Shown one piece after another: positions 63,401 through 64,000 of a stretch of 64,000 nt of DNA; position 1 is the first letter of the stretch, and each line of letters begins with the position of its first letter. Both the position numbers and the translations under genes were made by a program. Source of the DNA: Deltaproteobacteria bacterium (GTDB taxonomy: Bacteria; Desulfobacterota; Desulfobaccia; Desulfobaccales; 0-14-0-80-60-11); NCBI GenBank assembly GCA_030018495.1, contig JASEFS010000005.1, positions 11,153 to 75,152 on the forward strand. Reading direction: 5' to 3'. Under the pieces are notes generated by a model that worked only from the letters and a program-made list of their open reading frames with translations, had not been told where the DNA came from and searched no databases.

Positions 63401-63976
63401 ATGTCCAGTATCAGCATGCCATGCTGTCTCAGCGCCACCGAATTAAAAAAAAGGTGGCGGCATAGCTTTATTGTGCCGCTTTTTATGGCTATTGCAGGGT
63501 CGGGCTTGGGGCTGCTTTTTTTATATGCGGGGGGCAAGAAATACCTGCACCCCTTTGAGTTCGCGCAGTTTGTGCTGGATTACGAGCTTTTCCCTCAGAT
63601 TTGGGTGGGTTTCGGGGTTGCGATTTTACCCCTGGTGGAGTTCATTTCAGGTTCCCTGCTGGTGCTGGGATATATTTTGGGCGGGCTGGACCGCCTGGCC
63701 ACGAAACGGGGCTGGGCTTCCAGGGCTTACCTGGTGGACGGGCTGAAACGCCGGAGCTGTCTTCTCCTCATCCTGGGACAGTCAATAATGTTCACCAGCG
63801 TGCTCATCGTGACCCTGCTCAGGGGTTTGAAAATTGACTGCGGCTGCGGTCTCTTTTTTCAACGGGAAGTAGGGTTAGTGCCCATAATGGAGGACGCGCT
63901 GCTGGTTTTGTTGGCTGCGGGCCTTTATTGGTGGGAGTTTCCTATCGGCAAAAAAGAGACCTTGCCTCCTTCCTGA
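63401..63976 (+). CDS. MauE/DoxX-family membrane protein
   Basis: It has four hydrophobic helices and an LKIDCGCG motif. Its ATG directly abuts the rhodanese stop. Confidence 0.6.
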   Translation: MSSISMPCCLSATELKKRWRHSFIVPLFMAIAGSGLGLLFLYAGGKKYLHPFEFAQFVLDYELFPQIWVGFGVAILPLVEFISGSLLVLGYILGGLDRLATKRGWASRAYLVDGLKRRSCLLLILGQSIMFTSVLIVTLLRGLKIDCGCGLFFQREVGLVPIMEDALLVLLAAGLYWWEFPIGKKETLPPS

Positions 63977-64000
63977 TAAACACCGATAAAATTCAGTTCA

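Overview
All calls below rest on my own reading of the ORF translations and the DNA; no database search was run. The window is a visibly GC-rich chromosomal segment whose gene content (Hdr/MvhD/DsrK-like redox modules, TauE, YedE/YedF, hemerythrins, a rubrerythrin-like protein, sigma-54 control) points to an anaerobic Desulfobacterota-type organism such as a sulfate reducer or syntroph. That assignment is inference only.

Gene content, in window order:
- Housekeeping blocks: cobA-hemD, a DUF362 gene with pyrC and pyrB, hsp20, tmk, tRNA-Lys and tRNA-Glu, tRNA-Leu with secG-tpiA-pgk-gap, mlaEFDC, lipid A/LPS acyltransferase and glycosyltransferases, tRNA-Ala, and perR-katG.
- A small hicAB island sits next to tRNA-Glu.
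- A seven-gene, ~12 kb Hdr-type redox cluster lies at 13.7-25.6 kb. It encodes a membrane cytochrome-b/HdrD-like fusion, an HdrL-type protein, MvhD, an FrhB-like protein, a tandem HdrA-HdrA fusion, HdrC and HdrB.
- A PAS/sigma-54 activator with a Cys-rich PAS domain sits beside that cluster.
- A secreted Cys-rich / His-rich / DUF1566 trio follows.
- A pentapeptide-repeat protein, a histidine kinase and a lipoprotein form another unit.
- A yedE-yedF-DUF3343 selenium/sulfur-trafficking operon is present.
- A USP-TauE-USP operon is present.

The most unusual single gene is a Lon protease at 60524-62551. It lacks the canonical N-terminal substrate domain and has a complete CheY-like receiver inserted just upstream of the AAA+ module.

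Non-coding structure is also notable. GTAG-headed REP palindromes occur as inverted doublets at several loci, with one compensatory stem change. Phase-locked 7-nt tandem arrays occupy five short intergenic spacers.

I found no CRISPR array, rRNA gene, transposase or integrase. Most long ORFs antisense to recognised genes are GC-driven shadow ORFs.
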